A stretch of 62,847 nt of DNA from Candidatus Omnitrophota bacterium (GCA_043826565.1 JBDRPX010000022.1:1-62847), one strand, 5' to 3'. Numbered from the stretch's first letter, positions 1 to 8,745 are shown. Notes: generated by a model from the letters alone, not told the origin. A program made the numbers and translations.

Positions 1-16
1 ATAATATAATTAAATA

Positions 17-141
17 ATAATAAATAAGTTTTAAATTTTGAATTGAATTTTTGAATTTTGCCTTCTGATTTTTGACTTATAAAGCAGGTTAGTCAGCAAA
101 ACTTACTGATAAATATTGAATTAACTCGAATTTTGACAATA
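17..141 (+). repeat. Copy A of a ~122-125 bp intergenic element (partner 27829-27950)
   Basis: Co-linear, same-strand match to 27829-27950 with about a dozen substitutions/indels by eye. Ends at the first ATG of the downstream operon. The 5' half is phased in 7-nt words (TTTGANN). Confidence 0.85.
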
Positions 142-758
142 TGTGTAAGATGCGCGAGAGGATGGTTATGAAAAAGATAAAAAATAAATTAATAATAATT
201 TTAGTTTTTGCTTTTATGCTTTCGGGGTGTCTGGGGATTGAAAAAGAAGCCACAACTATATTTCGTAACCCGGACGGAAGCGTCAAAGTGATCTGGCAGG
301 CTTACGGAGTGAAATCGGATCAAGGAAAATCAAAAGAAGAATTAGAAAAAGATTATCAGGCTTTGCTGAAAACCCTTAGTAAGGAAAATTACGAAGCGCA
401 AAAGGTTCCTTCCTATGTAAAAATCTGGATCAATGATCGAGGTTTTTTGGAGGGGGTAGCTGAGTATGACTATGCGGATTTTAAGAGTGTCTATGAGGAC
501 GGAGAGATCGTTACCGTGGAAGGGGATATTATTTTATTGAAATTGGCTTCCGAAATAGATAATAAAAAAAATGTTCAGACCAATGGCAAGAAAATGATCA
601 AGGAAAATGATTTCAGTATTCAGTGGTCCATGGATACACCGGTTTTAACCTGGTCGATTACTTATCCGGAAGAAGCTATGTATGATAATAAATTAGCGGA
701 GTTGTTTAAAAAAAAGAATCCTAAAGGGATGATCGAGAAACGTTTTGATGCTGAATGA
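141..758 (+). CDS. hypothetical lipoprotein
   Basis: 205-aa ORF. Lipoprotein signal MKKIKNKLIIILVFAFMLSGC with lipobox L-S-G-C. The GAGAGG RBS favours ATG 162/168 over 141. No family recognised. Confidence 0.6.
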   Translation: MCKMRERMVMKKIKNKLIIILVFAFMLSGCLGIEKEATTIFRNPDGSVKVIWQAYGVKSDQGKSKEELEKDYQALLKTLSKENYEAQKVPSYVKIWINDRGFLEGVAEYDYADFKSVYEDGEIVTVEGDIILLKLASEIDNKKNVQTNGKKMIKENDFSIQWSMDTPVLTWSITYPEEAMYDNKLAELFKKKNPKGMIEKRFDAE

Positions 759-777
759 TTTAAAAAGGAGGTCAGAT

Positions 778-1059
778 ATGTGCGAAGATAAAGATAAAAA
801 ATTTGAATGTCTGGAAAAAAAAGCCGGTGTTTTAGGCTGGTGCTTTGTTCTGAGTATGGTGCTGGTATTTTGGTGGTTTATCATGATGGTATTTGCCGGT
901 GATTTTATTTATGGCATGCATTCTAAATTCTTTGCCATGTCCCGGGAAACATTTAATGCTATCCATTATTCCGGAATAGCCATTTTGAAAACAATGATAT
1001 TTATTTTGTTTCTGGTTCCCTATATAGCGATTAAGATTGTCCTGAAAAAAAAGAAATGA
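778..1059 (+). CDS. small integral membrane protein, unknown function
   Basis: AGGAGG at 766-771 lies 6 nt before ATG 778 (the track ORF starts at 745). Two to three hydrophobic helices. No family recognised. Confidence 0.55.
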   Translation: MCEDKDKKFECLEKKAGVLGWCFVLSMVLVFWWFIMMVFAGDFIYGMHSKFFAMSRETFNAIHYSGIAILKTMIFILFLVPYIAIKIVLKKKK

Positions 1060-1493
1060 ATAAAAAAGCATTTACCATCGCGGAGTTGATCGTTGTCCTG
1101 TCCATAATGATCATTATTTTAGGTATGACCGGAGCCTATATATTTAATTACCGCTCCGGCAGTGCCTTAAATCTCTGCGCGAAAGAGATCGCCTCTGCGC
1201 TGGGGCAGGCCCGGGATCTGTCGATTACTACGCAGGAACAACACAGCGTTATAGTTGATATCGCTGCTGAGACCTACCAAATCAGAGACAGCGCTAATGG
1301 TTTGGTAGATTCATTTAAAGCCGAGGACGGAATAGATATTGTAAGTGTTACCGGGTATGCTTCCGACACAATTACTTTTAATACTACCGGCAGTGTGGGC
1401 GACGGCAGCGGTAATATCCAGCTGCGGAATAATCAGGGGAAGATCTGTACGATAAATATTTATAATGTTACCGGCCAGATAAAAATTCAGTGA
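1056..1493 (+). CDS. prepilin-type N-terminal cleavage/methylation domain protein (GspH/FimT-like pseudopilin)
   Basis: N-terminus MNKKAFTIAELIVVLSIMIIILG is a class III signal with F-T-x-x-E and a hydrophobic helix. ATGA start/stop overlap with the upstream gene. Confidence 0.8.
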   Translation: MNKKAFTIAELIVVLSIMIIILGMTGAYIFNYRSGSALNLCAKEIASALGQARDLSITTQEQHSVIVDIAAETYQIRDSANGLVDSFKAEDGIDIVSVTGYASDTITFNTTGSVGDGSGNIQLRNNQGKICTINIYNVTGQIKIQ

Positions 1494-1500
1494 AAACCTT

Positions 1501-2841
1501 GTGAATAAAAATATCTTACTTGTAAATCCTTGGATCTGCGATTTTGCCGCCTATGACCTGTGGATAGTTCCTTTAGGCCTTTTAAATATTGCCGCGTGTT
1601 TAAAAGCAAAAGGCATAAACCTGCAGCTGCTTGATCTGCTGAATAGATTTGAATATCCCGCAACCGATCATAAAAATGATAAATCCATAACCGCAGCTTT
1701 CGGCACCGGGCATTTTTTAAAGCGGGAAATCCCGAAGCCAAAAGTAATCAGCGATATGCCGCGCAAGTTTTTCCGCTATGGGATACCGGAGCCTGCCGCC
1801 CGGGAAAAGCTGTCCAAGATAAAGCCGGATATTATTTTAGTTACATCGGGTATGACTTATTGGTATGTCGGGATTCAGCAGACGATCGATCTAATGCGCA
1901 GTGTCTATGGGAATGAATGCCCGATCATCTTAGGCGGGACATACGCGACATTATGCCCGGAACATGCTCAGGCAAACACAAAAGCGGATATTGTTTTCCG
2001 CGGTACGGATATTCCAGAGATCATTAAATGTGTAAATCAAAAGCTGGATATCAAGATCAAAGAGGATCACAATGAAAATATATTTCCCGCGTTTGAACTG
2101 CTCACCAATACTCAGGCTTTGCCGGTGCTGGCTAGTTTGGGTTGTCCGTTTCAATGCACATATTGCGCTTCCAGATTACTTTACCCGGAATTTAAACAGC
2201 GCCAGCCTGGTGATTTAATTGCTTATCTTCAAAGATGCGTATCCGAATTTAAAACCAAAGACTTTATTTTTTATGATGATGCCTTGTTTGTTAATAGTGA
2301 TAAGTTTATAAAACTAGTCTTAAAGGGTGTAATTGAAAAAAAACTTGAGGCGCGTTTTCACACCCCTAACGGATTGCATGCCCGATTCATTGACCAGGAG
2401 CTGGCCCAGCTGATGTATAGATCCGGATTTAAAAGTATCCGTTTGTCTTTAGAGTCCAGTGGAGATTTTTTGAAGACAAAAAGCAGTAGTAAGGTAACTA
2501 ATGAACATCTAAAAAATGCGGTTAAACTGCTTCAGAATGCCGGGTTTACTAAATCTCAGATCGGAGTTTATACTTTGGCGGGATTTCCCGGGCATTCCCC
2601 GGAAGATATTCAAAATGACATGGAGTTTGTGTCTTCTCTGGGAGCAAGTGTCCATTTGTCCAGTTTTTCCCTGGTCCCGAGAACAGAGGAATGGGAATCC
2701 TTTATTAATAAAGGCATGATCACCAAAGATACCGATCCTTTGCGCTTAGGTCATACCGCTTTTCCGGTATTATATGCCGGGTTTGAGGAAGCGCAAATGC
2801 GTCAGTTAAGACGCCGGGCCGCGGAGTTTAATCGAAAATAG
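1501..2841 (+). CDS. B12-binding-domain radical SAM protein (paralog 1 of 7)
   Basis: GTG start. N-terminal ILLVNPW Rossmann-like domain, GGTYATLCPE motif, and radical SAM cluster motif CPFQCTYC (CX3CX2C). Confidence 0.8.
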   Translation: MNKNILLVNPWICDFAAYDLWIVPLGLLNIAACLKAKGINLQLLDLLNRFEYPATDHKNDKSITAAFGTGHFLKREIPKPKVISDMPRKFFRYGIPEPAAREKLSKIKPDIILVTSGMTYWYVGIQQTIDLMRSVYGNECPIILGGTYATLCPEHAQANTKADIVFRGTDIPEIIKCVNQKLDIKIKEDHNENIFPAFELLTNTQALPVLASLGCPFQCTYCASRLLYPEFKQRQPGDLIAYLQRCVSEFKTKDFIFYDDALFVNSDKFIKLVLKGVIEKKLEARFHTPNGLHARFIDQELAQLMYRSGFKSIRLSLESSGDFLKTKSSSKVTNEHLKNAVKLLQNAGFTKSQIGVYTLAGFPGHSPEDIQNDMEFVSSLGASVHLSSFSLVPRTEEWESFINKGMITKDTDPLRLGHTAFPVLYAGFEEAQMRQLRRRAAEFNRK

Positions 2842-2844
2842 TTT

Positions 2845-2873
2845 TTGCAATATTATACTAGGTAAGTTAAAAT
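2845..2873 (+). promoter_or_regulatory. candidate sigma70 promoter TTGCAA-17-TAAAAT
   Basis: -35 TTGCAA at 2845-2850, 17-nt spacer, -10 TAAAAT at 2868-2873. About 58 nt upstream of ATG 2932. Confidence 0.4.
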
Positions 2874-2931
2874 AAAGATCTTAATACTTATTTAAGTAAA
2901 ATTTAATATTTAATTGATCGGAGAAAAGCCA

Positions 2932-3252
2932 ATGCTTAGTTTTGACGATTTTAAAAAAGTAGAACTGAAGACCGCTATGATCATAGAAGCTGAGGACCAT
3001 CCGAACGCGGATAAACTCTATGTCCTGAAGATCCAGGTCGGCGATGAGCAAAAGCAGATCGTTGCCGGTATCCGGGCTCATTATGCCAAGGAAGATCTAG
3101 TCGGTAAGACGATTGTTGTGGTAAATAATCTGGAGCCGGTTATTTTAAGGGGGCAGGAGAGCCAGGGTATGCTGCTTTGCGCTTCCAACGGAGAAAGCCT
3201 GGCTTTACTTACTCCGGAAAAAGATATGCCTTCGGGAGCTCAGATCAGGTAA
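2932..3252 (+). CDS. tRNA-binding OB-fold protein (CsaA / MetRS C-terminal EMAP-like domain)
   Basis: MLSFDDFKKVELKTAMIIEAEDHPNADKLYVLKIQVGDEQKQIVAGI...LRGQESQGMLL is the typical tRNA_bind domain pattern. GGAGAAAAG RBS before ATG 2932 (the track ORF starts at 2914). Confidence 0.8.
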   Translation: MLSFDDFKKVELKTAMIIEAEDHPNADKLYVLKIQVGDEQKQIVAGIRAHYAKEDLVGKTIVVVNNLEPVILRGQESQGMLLCASNGESLALLTPEKDMPSGAQIR

Positions 3253-3256
3253 AGGA

Positions 3257-3323
3257 CAATTATCAATTAGCAATTATCAGTTATCAATTAGCAATTATCA
3301 GTTAGCAATTAGCAATTATCAAG
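3257..3323 (+). repeat. tandem array: 21-nt unit ATCAATTAGCAATTATCAGTT x2 plus a degenerate third, built from 7-nt words CAATTAK
   Basis: 3262-3282 and 3283-3303 are identical; 3304-3323 is AGCAATTAGCAATTATCAAG. 7-nt phase throughout. Located just after the stop at 3252. Confidence 0.9.
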
Positions 3324-3355
3324 GGGCATTGATATTCAATACTCAATAAAAACTA

Positions 3356-3383
3356 TTGACTTAGGAGATTTTTTTTGTATAAT
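3356..3383 (+). promoter_or_regulatory. candidate sigma70 promoter TTGACT-16-TATAAT
   Basis: -35 TTGACT at 3356-3361 and -10 TATAAT at 3378-3383. This places the TSS downstream of the track ORF ATG at 3375 and supports a TTG 3420 start for the secretin. Confidence 0.6.
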
Positions 3384-3419
3384 AATATATGTAAAATCAA
3401 TTTTAACAGGAGAGGGATC

Positions 3420-4913
3420 TTGAAGCTAAAAAAAGGATTTTTAGTCATATCACTTCTTTTCATCCTTTGTGGTTTATTCTGTCCAAAAGTATTTGCCCTT
3501 GAAAAGATAATTACTGTTAATGCCGAGCATACAGATATTGTCGCGGTACTTAAAACCATCGCCGAGCAGGCCGGGAGTAATCTTGTCGTCAGTAAAAATG
3601 TTATCGGGATCGTTACGGTTAACTTAAAAGATGTAACCCTGACCCAGGCCTTGGACTCAGTTATAAAATCCAATAATTACCTCTATACTTTTGAGGAGGG
3701 GATCATCAATGTTTATTCTTATGAAGAGGTAAAGCAGGAAGAGCGGTTTTCTAAAATCGCTACTCGTGTTTACACTTTAAAATATGCCGACGTAGCTGAC
3801 CTGCGCCGTATATTGCTTTCGATGAAATCAAACCGCGGACGTATTGAACTTAATGAAAAAGCCAATCAGGTGATTGTTACCGATACTCAGGAAAAAATCG
3901 AGGATATTGAAGTGGCTATTTCACGTTTGGACCAACAGGCGGTTTTAAAAAAATACCGTTTATTATTTGCCAAGCCCAGCGATGTAAAGAGCAAGCTTCA
4001 GCAGGTTATCCCGGATGCCAAAGGAGAAATCTTTGTTGATGACCGCACAAATAGTCTGGTGGTAAAAGCAACTCCGGTGATCCTAAATGATGTGGATGAG
4101 CTGATCAGCGGATGGGATGTGCAAAGCCGTCAGGTATTGATCGAAGCTAAAATTCTGCAGGTAACTCTGGATAAGAACCGGAAAACCGGGATTGACTGGC
4201 AGTATTTAAAAGGAAAGTATAATCTTAAGGGAGCATTTTCCCAGGATATTACCTCCGGCGGTATTTTTCAGGTCGGGATGATGGGACGCCGGGATTATCA
4301 ATCAGTATTAGAACTTTTGGAAGCTTCCTCGGATACGGATGTCTTATCCTCGCCGCGCATTGTGGTCATGGACGGAAAACAGGCGAGTATATTAGTCGGC
4401 AGCAGCGAACCTTATGTTGTTCAGCAGAAAGACATCGATACCGGATTGATCACGACCGAAACTAAATTTCTTGATGTCGGGATTAAACTTAAAGTTACTC
4501 CGAGTATTACCGAAGACGGATTTGTGATTATGAATATTCAGCCGGAAGTCAGTTCCGCGCGCCGTGTCGCGGAAGTTGATAATGCTTTGGCTGTAGATAC
4601 TACCGAAGCAGATACTACGATGATGGTAAAACACGGGGAAACAGTACTCCTGGGCGGCTTGATCAAGGACTCCAATAAATTAACAACAAATAAAGTTCCG
4701 ATACTCGGGAATATTCCGCTGATCGGATTGTTTTTTCGTAATGATGTAAAAGAAAAAGTCAAACAGGAATTAGTTGTCTTTATCACGCCGCATATAATCG
4801 GAACTAGAGGGGATGATGATATATTGCTGGAAGAGGCCAAAAGGGTAGAAGAGCTGACGAAAAGAAGTATGGAATTACGTGAAATTGTAAATAGTAGCAC
4901 TGTTAAGGAGTAA
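3420..4913 (+). CDS. secretin (GspD/PilQ family) with STN-like N-terminal domain
   Basis: AGGAGAGGG RBS then TTG 3420. Signal peptide LKLKKGFLVISLLFILCGLFCPKVFA. STN-like block DIVAVLKTIAEQAGSNLVVSKNV. C-terminal secretin domain VLSSPRIVVMDGKQASILVG ... VPILGNIPLIGLFFRN ... ELVVFITPHII. Confidence 0.85.
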   Translation: MKLKKGFLVISLLFILCGLFCPKVFALEKIITVNAEHTDIVAVLKTIAEQAGSNLVVSKNVIGIVTVNLKDVTLTQALDSVIKSNNYLYTFEEGIINVYSYEEVKQEERFSKIATRVYTLKYADVADLRRILLSMKSNRGRIELNEKANQVIVTDTQEKIEDIEVAISRLDQQAVLKKYRLLFAKPSDVKSKLQQVIPDAKGEIFVDDRTNSLVVKATPVILNDVDELISGWDVQSRQVLIEAKILQVTLDKNRKTGIDWQYLKGKYNLKGAFSQDITSGGIFQVGMMGRRDYQSVLELLEASSDTDVLSSPRIVVMDGKQASILVGSSEPYVVQQKDIDTGLITTETKFLDVGIKLKVTPSITEDGFVIMNIQPEVSSARRVAEVDNALAVDTTEADTTMMVKHGETVLLGGLIKDSNKLTTNKVPILGNIPLIGLFFRNDVKEKVKQELVVFITPHIIGTRGDDDILLEEAKRVEELTKRSMELREIVNSSTVKE

Positions 4914-4924
4914 TATAATTTTTT

Positions 4925-6523
4925 GTGAAAGAATCTTTTTCCAAATCCCAGGCAACTGTAAGAGATTTTCTCTTGATCTTATTTCACCGCAAGAAGTATT
5001 TTTTACTTCCGGCCTTAGTTGTTTTTTTTACCGCGTCATTCGGCAGTTTTTTTCTTCCTAAATATTATTCTTCGTCGGTATTACTCTTAGTGCAAGAAGA
5101 AAAAGTCATTAATCCTTTATCTAAAGAACCGGAGTACCTTCGTACAGCTCCTCAGAGTTTAGGAGAACAGCTTAGAACTTTGAGCGAAAAAATTCTTAAT
5201 TATCCGCAATTAGTTCTTGTAGTTAATAGCCTTGACCTTGGGGATAAGATTAAAAACCCCTTAGAACAAGAAAAAATGGTTTTTTCCATACGTAACCGGA
5301 CGAGGATTAAATTACGTTCTTCGGAAGTTATCGAGATTAGTTATGAAGACAAAGATCCGAATATGGCGAAGAAACTGGTAAATATTCTAGTAAACAGTTT
5401 TATTGAATATAATCGTTTTAAAAAAGAAAAACTTGCTTTAACCGGAGTTACTTTTGCCGAAGAGCAGGCTGAGGTATATCGGGAAAAACTAGAAGAATCG
5501 GAAAAAGTTTTGTATGAGTTTCAAAGCAAATTTCTTCTGCAAAAACCTGGTAAAGATACTGATATTAATATTTCGATGCTGGTCAATTATCAGACTATCC
5601 TTACGAATACCCAATTAAGTTTAGAAGAACTGCAAACTCAGCTAAACAGAATTAATGACCAGCTAAGCGGTCAGGAGCCGGTTGTGCTTAGTGAAGAACT
5701 GCTGAATTCCAGTCCGATTATTACTACGCTTAATGAACAGCTGCAGAACCGGCAGATATATATGGATAATTTGATATATAAAGATCCGTCTTCTTCCCAG
5801 GTTATGGATGTCGAGCTGGAAATAGATAATTTGCGCGGCCGGTTATCCGAAGAGACCGATAAAATGGTCGACAGTCAGACCAGACAGACTGCCCCGCTTT
5901 TCTTTAAACAGCTTGAACAGAAAAGAGATGAATTAGAAGTAAGGGTTAATGACTATAAAAAAAGAGAATATGATTTAAGACTGCTGGTGGATAAGTACGA
6001 AAGCCGGATAGCCAGCTTACCTGAGCAAGATAGAATTTATGTTAATTTACAAAGGGATAGCCGGGTAAATAGTAATATCTATGAAATGCTTCGTTTTAAA
6101 GTTGAAGAAAATCGTTTGGATACAATTGAAATACAACAAAAAGGTACACAGTATGAAGTGATCGAAGAAGGACGTGTTGCCTTAAAATCGTCTCGTCCAA
6201 AAAAGCTGATCATATCTATTGTTGCGTTTATTTTGGGTATTCTTACTGGATTTGGTTGTGTTTTCCTCGTTGAAATGGGTGATCATTCTTTCCGCAATCC
6301 AGAAGATGCTCTTAATTTTTTGAATGTGCCGGTAGTTTTCTCCACGATGAAAATTTTGACAAGAACGGAATATTTTAATCAAAAACGGAAACAACGTAAA
6401 AATGTTGCAATTTTGGTCGTTATCTTTGCGCTCTTTTTTATTGCTGCCTTAATGACTTCATATGTTCAGGAAAAGAAACTGACAGAAAAGGTTATCAGAG
6501 AGAAAATTCAAGATGGCGATTGA
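4925..6523 (+). CDS. polysaccharide chain-length determinant (Wzz/GumC-like PCP, PEP-CTERM-locus type)
   Basis: N-terminal TM after a charged leader, a long coiled-coil periplasmic region, and C-terminal TM helices (LIISIVAFILGILTGFGCVFLV). Immediately precedes a BY-kinase. Confidence 0.75.
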   Translation: MKESFSKSQATVRDFLLILFHRKKYFLLPALVVFFTASFGSFFLPKYYSSSVLLLVQEEKVINPLSKEPEYLRTAPQSLGEQLRTLSEKILNYPQLVLVVNSLDLGDKIKNPLEQEKMVFSIRNRTRIKLRSSEVIEISYEDKDPNMAKKLVNILVNSFIEYNRFKKEKLALTGVTFAEEQAEVYREKLEESEKVLYEFQSKFLLQKPGKDTDINISMLVNYQTILTNTQLSLEELQTQLNRINDQLSGQEPVVLSEELLNSSPIITTLNEQLQNRQIYMDNLIYKDPSSSQVMDVELEIDNLRGRLSEETDKMVDSQTRQTAPLFFKQLEQKRDELEVRVNDYKKREYDLRLLVDKYESRIASLPEQDRIYVNLQRDSRVNSNIYEMLRFKVEENRLDTIEIQQKGTQYEVIEEGRVALKSSRPKKLIISIVAFILGILTGFGCVFLVEMGDHSFRNPEDALNFLNVPVVFSTMKILTRTEYFNQKRKQRKNVAILVVIFALFFIAALMTSYVQEKKLTEKVIREKIQDGD

Positions 6524-6536
6524 ATCAGGAGATAGG

Positions 6537-7241
6537 ATGTTTACAAAATATATAGCAAAGGAAAAAGATGAAAGTCAAATAGATTCACGTATTGTCGCCT
6601 ATTATGATGCTGGTTCTACGATAGTTGAGCAATATCGGAGTATTCGTACATATATTAATTCCCTAAAAGGAGAGAATTTAGCTCGTTCTATAGTGATTTC
6701 CAGTGCCAATCGTTTCGAGGGAAAAACTATTACAAGCATTAACCTTGCGATTGTGATGGCAGAGGAAAGGGGAAAACGTGTTGTTTTAGTTAATGCTGAT
6801 TTTCGTTTTCCGGCTGTTGAAAAATTATTAAATATATCAGATTCATCAGGATTGTCAGAATACCTTCAAGATAAAATAACTTTAGATGAAGCCTTGAGTA
6901 AGGCTGATATTAAAGGGGTAACTGTTTTACCCTCGGGAAGGCTTCCTTTAAAACCAGCTGAACTTTTAGCCGGACAGAAAATGAAGGATCTTATTGAGGC
7001 ACTGGAAAAACGTTTTGATTATGTTTTGATAGATACTCCGGCAATAATACCTGTAGCCGATGTCCGCATTTTAGGTTCGTTGGTTGATGGTGTCATATTG
7101 GTAGTACAGGCTTCGAGAACGCGCCGGGAAGTGGTATTGAGAGTTCAGGAGCAGCTGAACAGTCTCAAGGCAAGGCTGTTGGGTGTTGTCTTAAGTAATG
7201 TTGAATATCATATCCCCGAATATATACATCGCCATTTGTAA
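6537..7241 (+). CDS. CpsD/CapB-family tyrosine autokinase ATPase (BY-kinase)
   Basis: Walker A-like SSANRFEGKTITSINLA and Walker B YVLIDTPA. AGGAG RBS at 6527-6531 favours ATG 6537 (the track ORF starts at 6513). Partner of the upstream Wzz-like gene. Confidence 0.85.
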   Translation: MFTKYIAKEKDESQIDSRIVAYYDAGSTIVEQYRSIRTYINSLKGENLARSIVISSANRFEGKTITSINLAIVMAEERGKRVVLVNADFRFPAVEKLLNISDSSGLSEYLQDKITLDEALSKADIKGVTVLPSGRLPLKPAELLAGQKMKDLIEALEKRFDYVLIDTPAIIPVADVRILGSLVDGVILVVQASRTRREVVLRVQEQLNSLKARLLGVVLSNVEYHIPEYIHRHL

Positions 7242-7344
7242 TAATTTCGGACTTCCAGCAGAACATCCACATACCTGTCTGAGGATAATTAAACCAATTT
7301 CTGAATAAATTAATGAATATTATTTAAGGGATGAATCATACAAA

Positions 7345-8745
7345 ATGAAATATAAGAGTATAAGCTTAGAGGAACAGCCCTTATTTGAGTTACCACAGCT
7401 TATCATGTTTTGTATTTTACTTTTCTCGTTTTTTTTGGGTTTGAGTTTACTTGTTGTTCCCTGGTATTTAGTAGTATCTATTTTTCTTGTGATGGTTACC
7501 ACGGCAGCAATTTTTTTAAACCTATATGTGGCGTTGATAATCTTTCTTATTGGGGCTTTTTTCCACCCTACATACCATTTTCCGATGCTGCAAGGACTGC
7601 ACATAGCTCGTAATATGTCTCTTTTCATAATAATTATCTGGGCCGGACACTCTATGGTCTATCGTGATTTAAAGTTTCCCAAGGATGTTCAGCATCTTTA
7701 TATAGCGGGATTTTTAGTATTTGTTTTTCTCGCTTGTTTTAAGTATTTTGATGTGAGTTTTTCGTATTTTACGGAATTTGGAACCAAAGCTATTGTCCTG
7801 TATTTTGCGATCATTTGCTTATTGAATACTCGCGGCAGAGTAATAAACTTTGTTTCCTTTTTAATTTTATTTAGTACGATTTCGGCTTTAATTGGGATCT
7901 ATCAGTATATAAATCATATCGGTCTTTATTATGCTCAAGAAGGGATATTAAGAATATCCGGTCCTGATGAAGATGCTAATATTTTTGCGACGAATTTAAC
8001 TCTTTCTGTTCCGATAGTCATTAATGTGTTTATGGGAACTAAAAGAAAGGTTATAAGAAGTGTATTGTTTTCAGTACTGACAGTACTTGTACTTACAATT
8101 ATTTTAACTTTTTCCCGTGCCGGCATGATTCAGCTGGTTGCGGGTTTGTGGCTTACAATAGGAATTCGTATGATAAAAAAATATAAGGCGTTGGGAGTGA
8201 TTGTTTTTCTTGTGCTTTTTATGTTTATGCTTCCTTTTGTCCCGTCTAAATATTTTGATCGTATGGGAACTATTCTTAATTTCCAGGATCAAGCAATTGC
8301 TGCCCGCTTAGAAGGATGGCGTCTCGGAACAACAATGATTGCGGATCATCCTATTCGAGGAATTGGGTTTGCAATTTTTCGGTTTGAATTCTTAAAAAGA
8401 TCTGTAACCGGAATTGATACGCATTTTAAAAGAGCATTGGATGCGCATAATGTATTTATTCATACCGGAGCTGAAGTAGGACTGATCGGTTTGGGATTTT
8501 TGCTCTTACTTATAAGGCAGAGTTTCATTAATCTAAAATATGCTCGAGATAAATTAAAGCGACAGGGTGATATCCTATTATCAAACATAGCCGATGGTCT
8601 AAGGATAGGCCTATTAATTTATCTTATCGGAGGTATTTTTATATCATATTTGGAGTTGTTAATCTTTTGGATAATAATTCCGACTTCTGTAGTTTTAAAA
8701 CATTTAAGTGATAAATTGGAGAATCAGCAATGCCCAGAGATATGA
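7345..8745 (+). CDS. O-antigen ligase/polymerase-like (Wzy_C-type) membrane protein
   Basis: About 10-12 TM helices with a periplasmic loop carrying FSRAGMIQL...ARLEGWR...HAHNVFIH, typical of O-antigen ligase-like proteins. Confidence 0.7.
   Translation: MKYKSISLEEQPLFELPQLIMFCILLFSFFLGLSLLVVPWYLVVSIFLVMVTTAAIFLNLYVALIIFLIGAFFHPTYHFPMLQGLHIARNMSLFIIIIWAGHSMVYRDLKFPKDVQHLYIAGFLVFVFLACFKYFDVSFSYFTEFGTKAIVLYFAIICLLNTRGRVINFVSFLILFSTISALIGIYQYINHIGLYYAQEGILRISGPDEDANIFATNLTLSVPIVINVFMGTKRKVIRSVLFSVLTVLVLTIILTFSRAGMIQLVAGLWLTIGIRMIKKYKALGVIVFLVLFMFMLPFVPSKYFDRMGTILNFQDQAIAARLEGWRLGTTMIADHPIRGIGFAIFRFEFLKRSVTGIDTHFKRALDAHNVFIHTGAEVGLIGLGFLLLLIRQSFINLKYARDKLKRQGDILLSNIADGLRIGLLIYLIGGIFISYLELLIFWIIIPTSVVLKHLSDKLENQQCPEI

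Noticed and set aside
3257-3323. Heptamer and 21-nt tandem arrays considered as CRISPR arrays
   Set aside because: The units are 7-21 nt and directly abutting with no unique spacers. No cas genes are present. The period is far too short for CRISPR.
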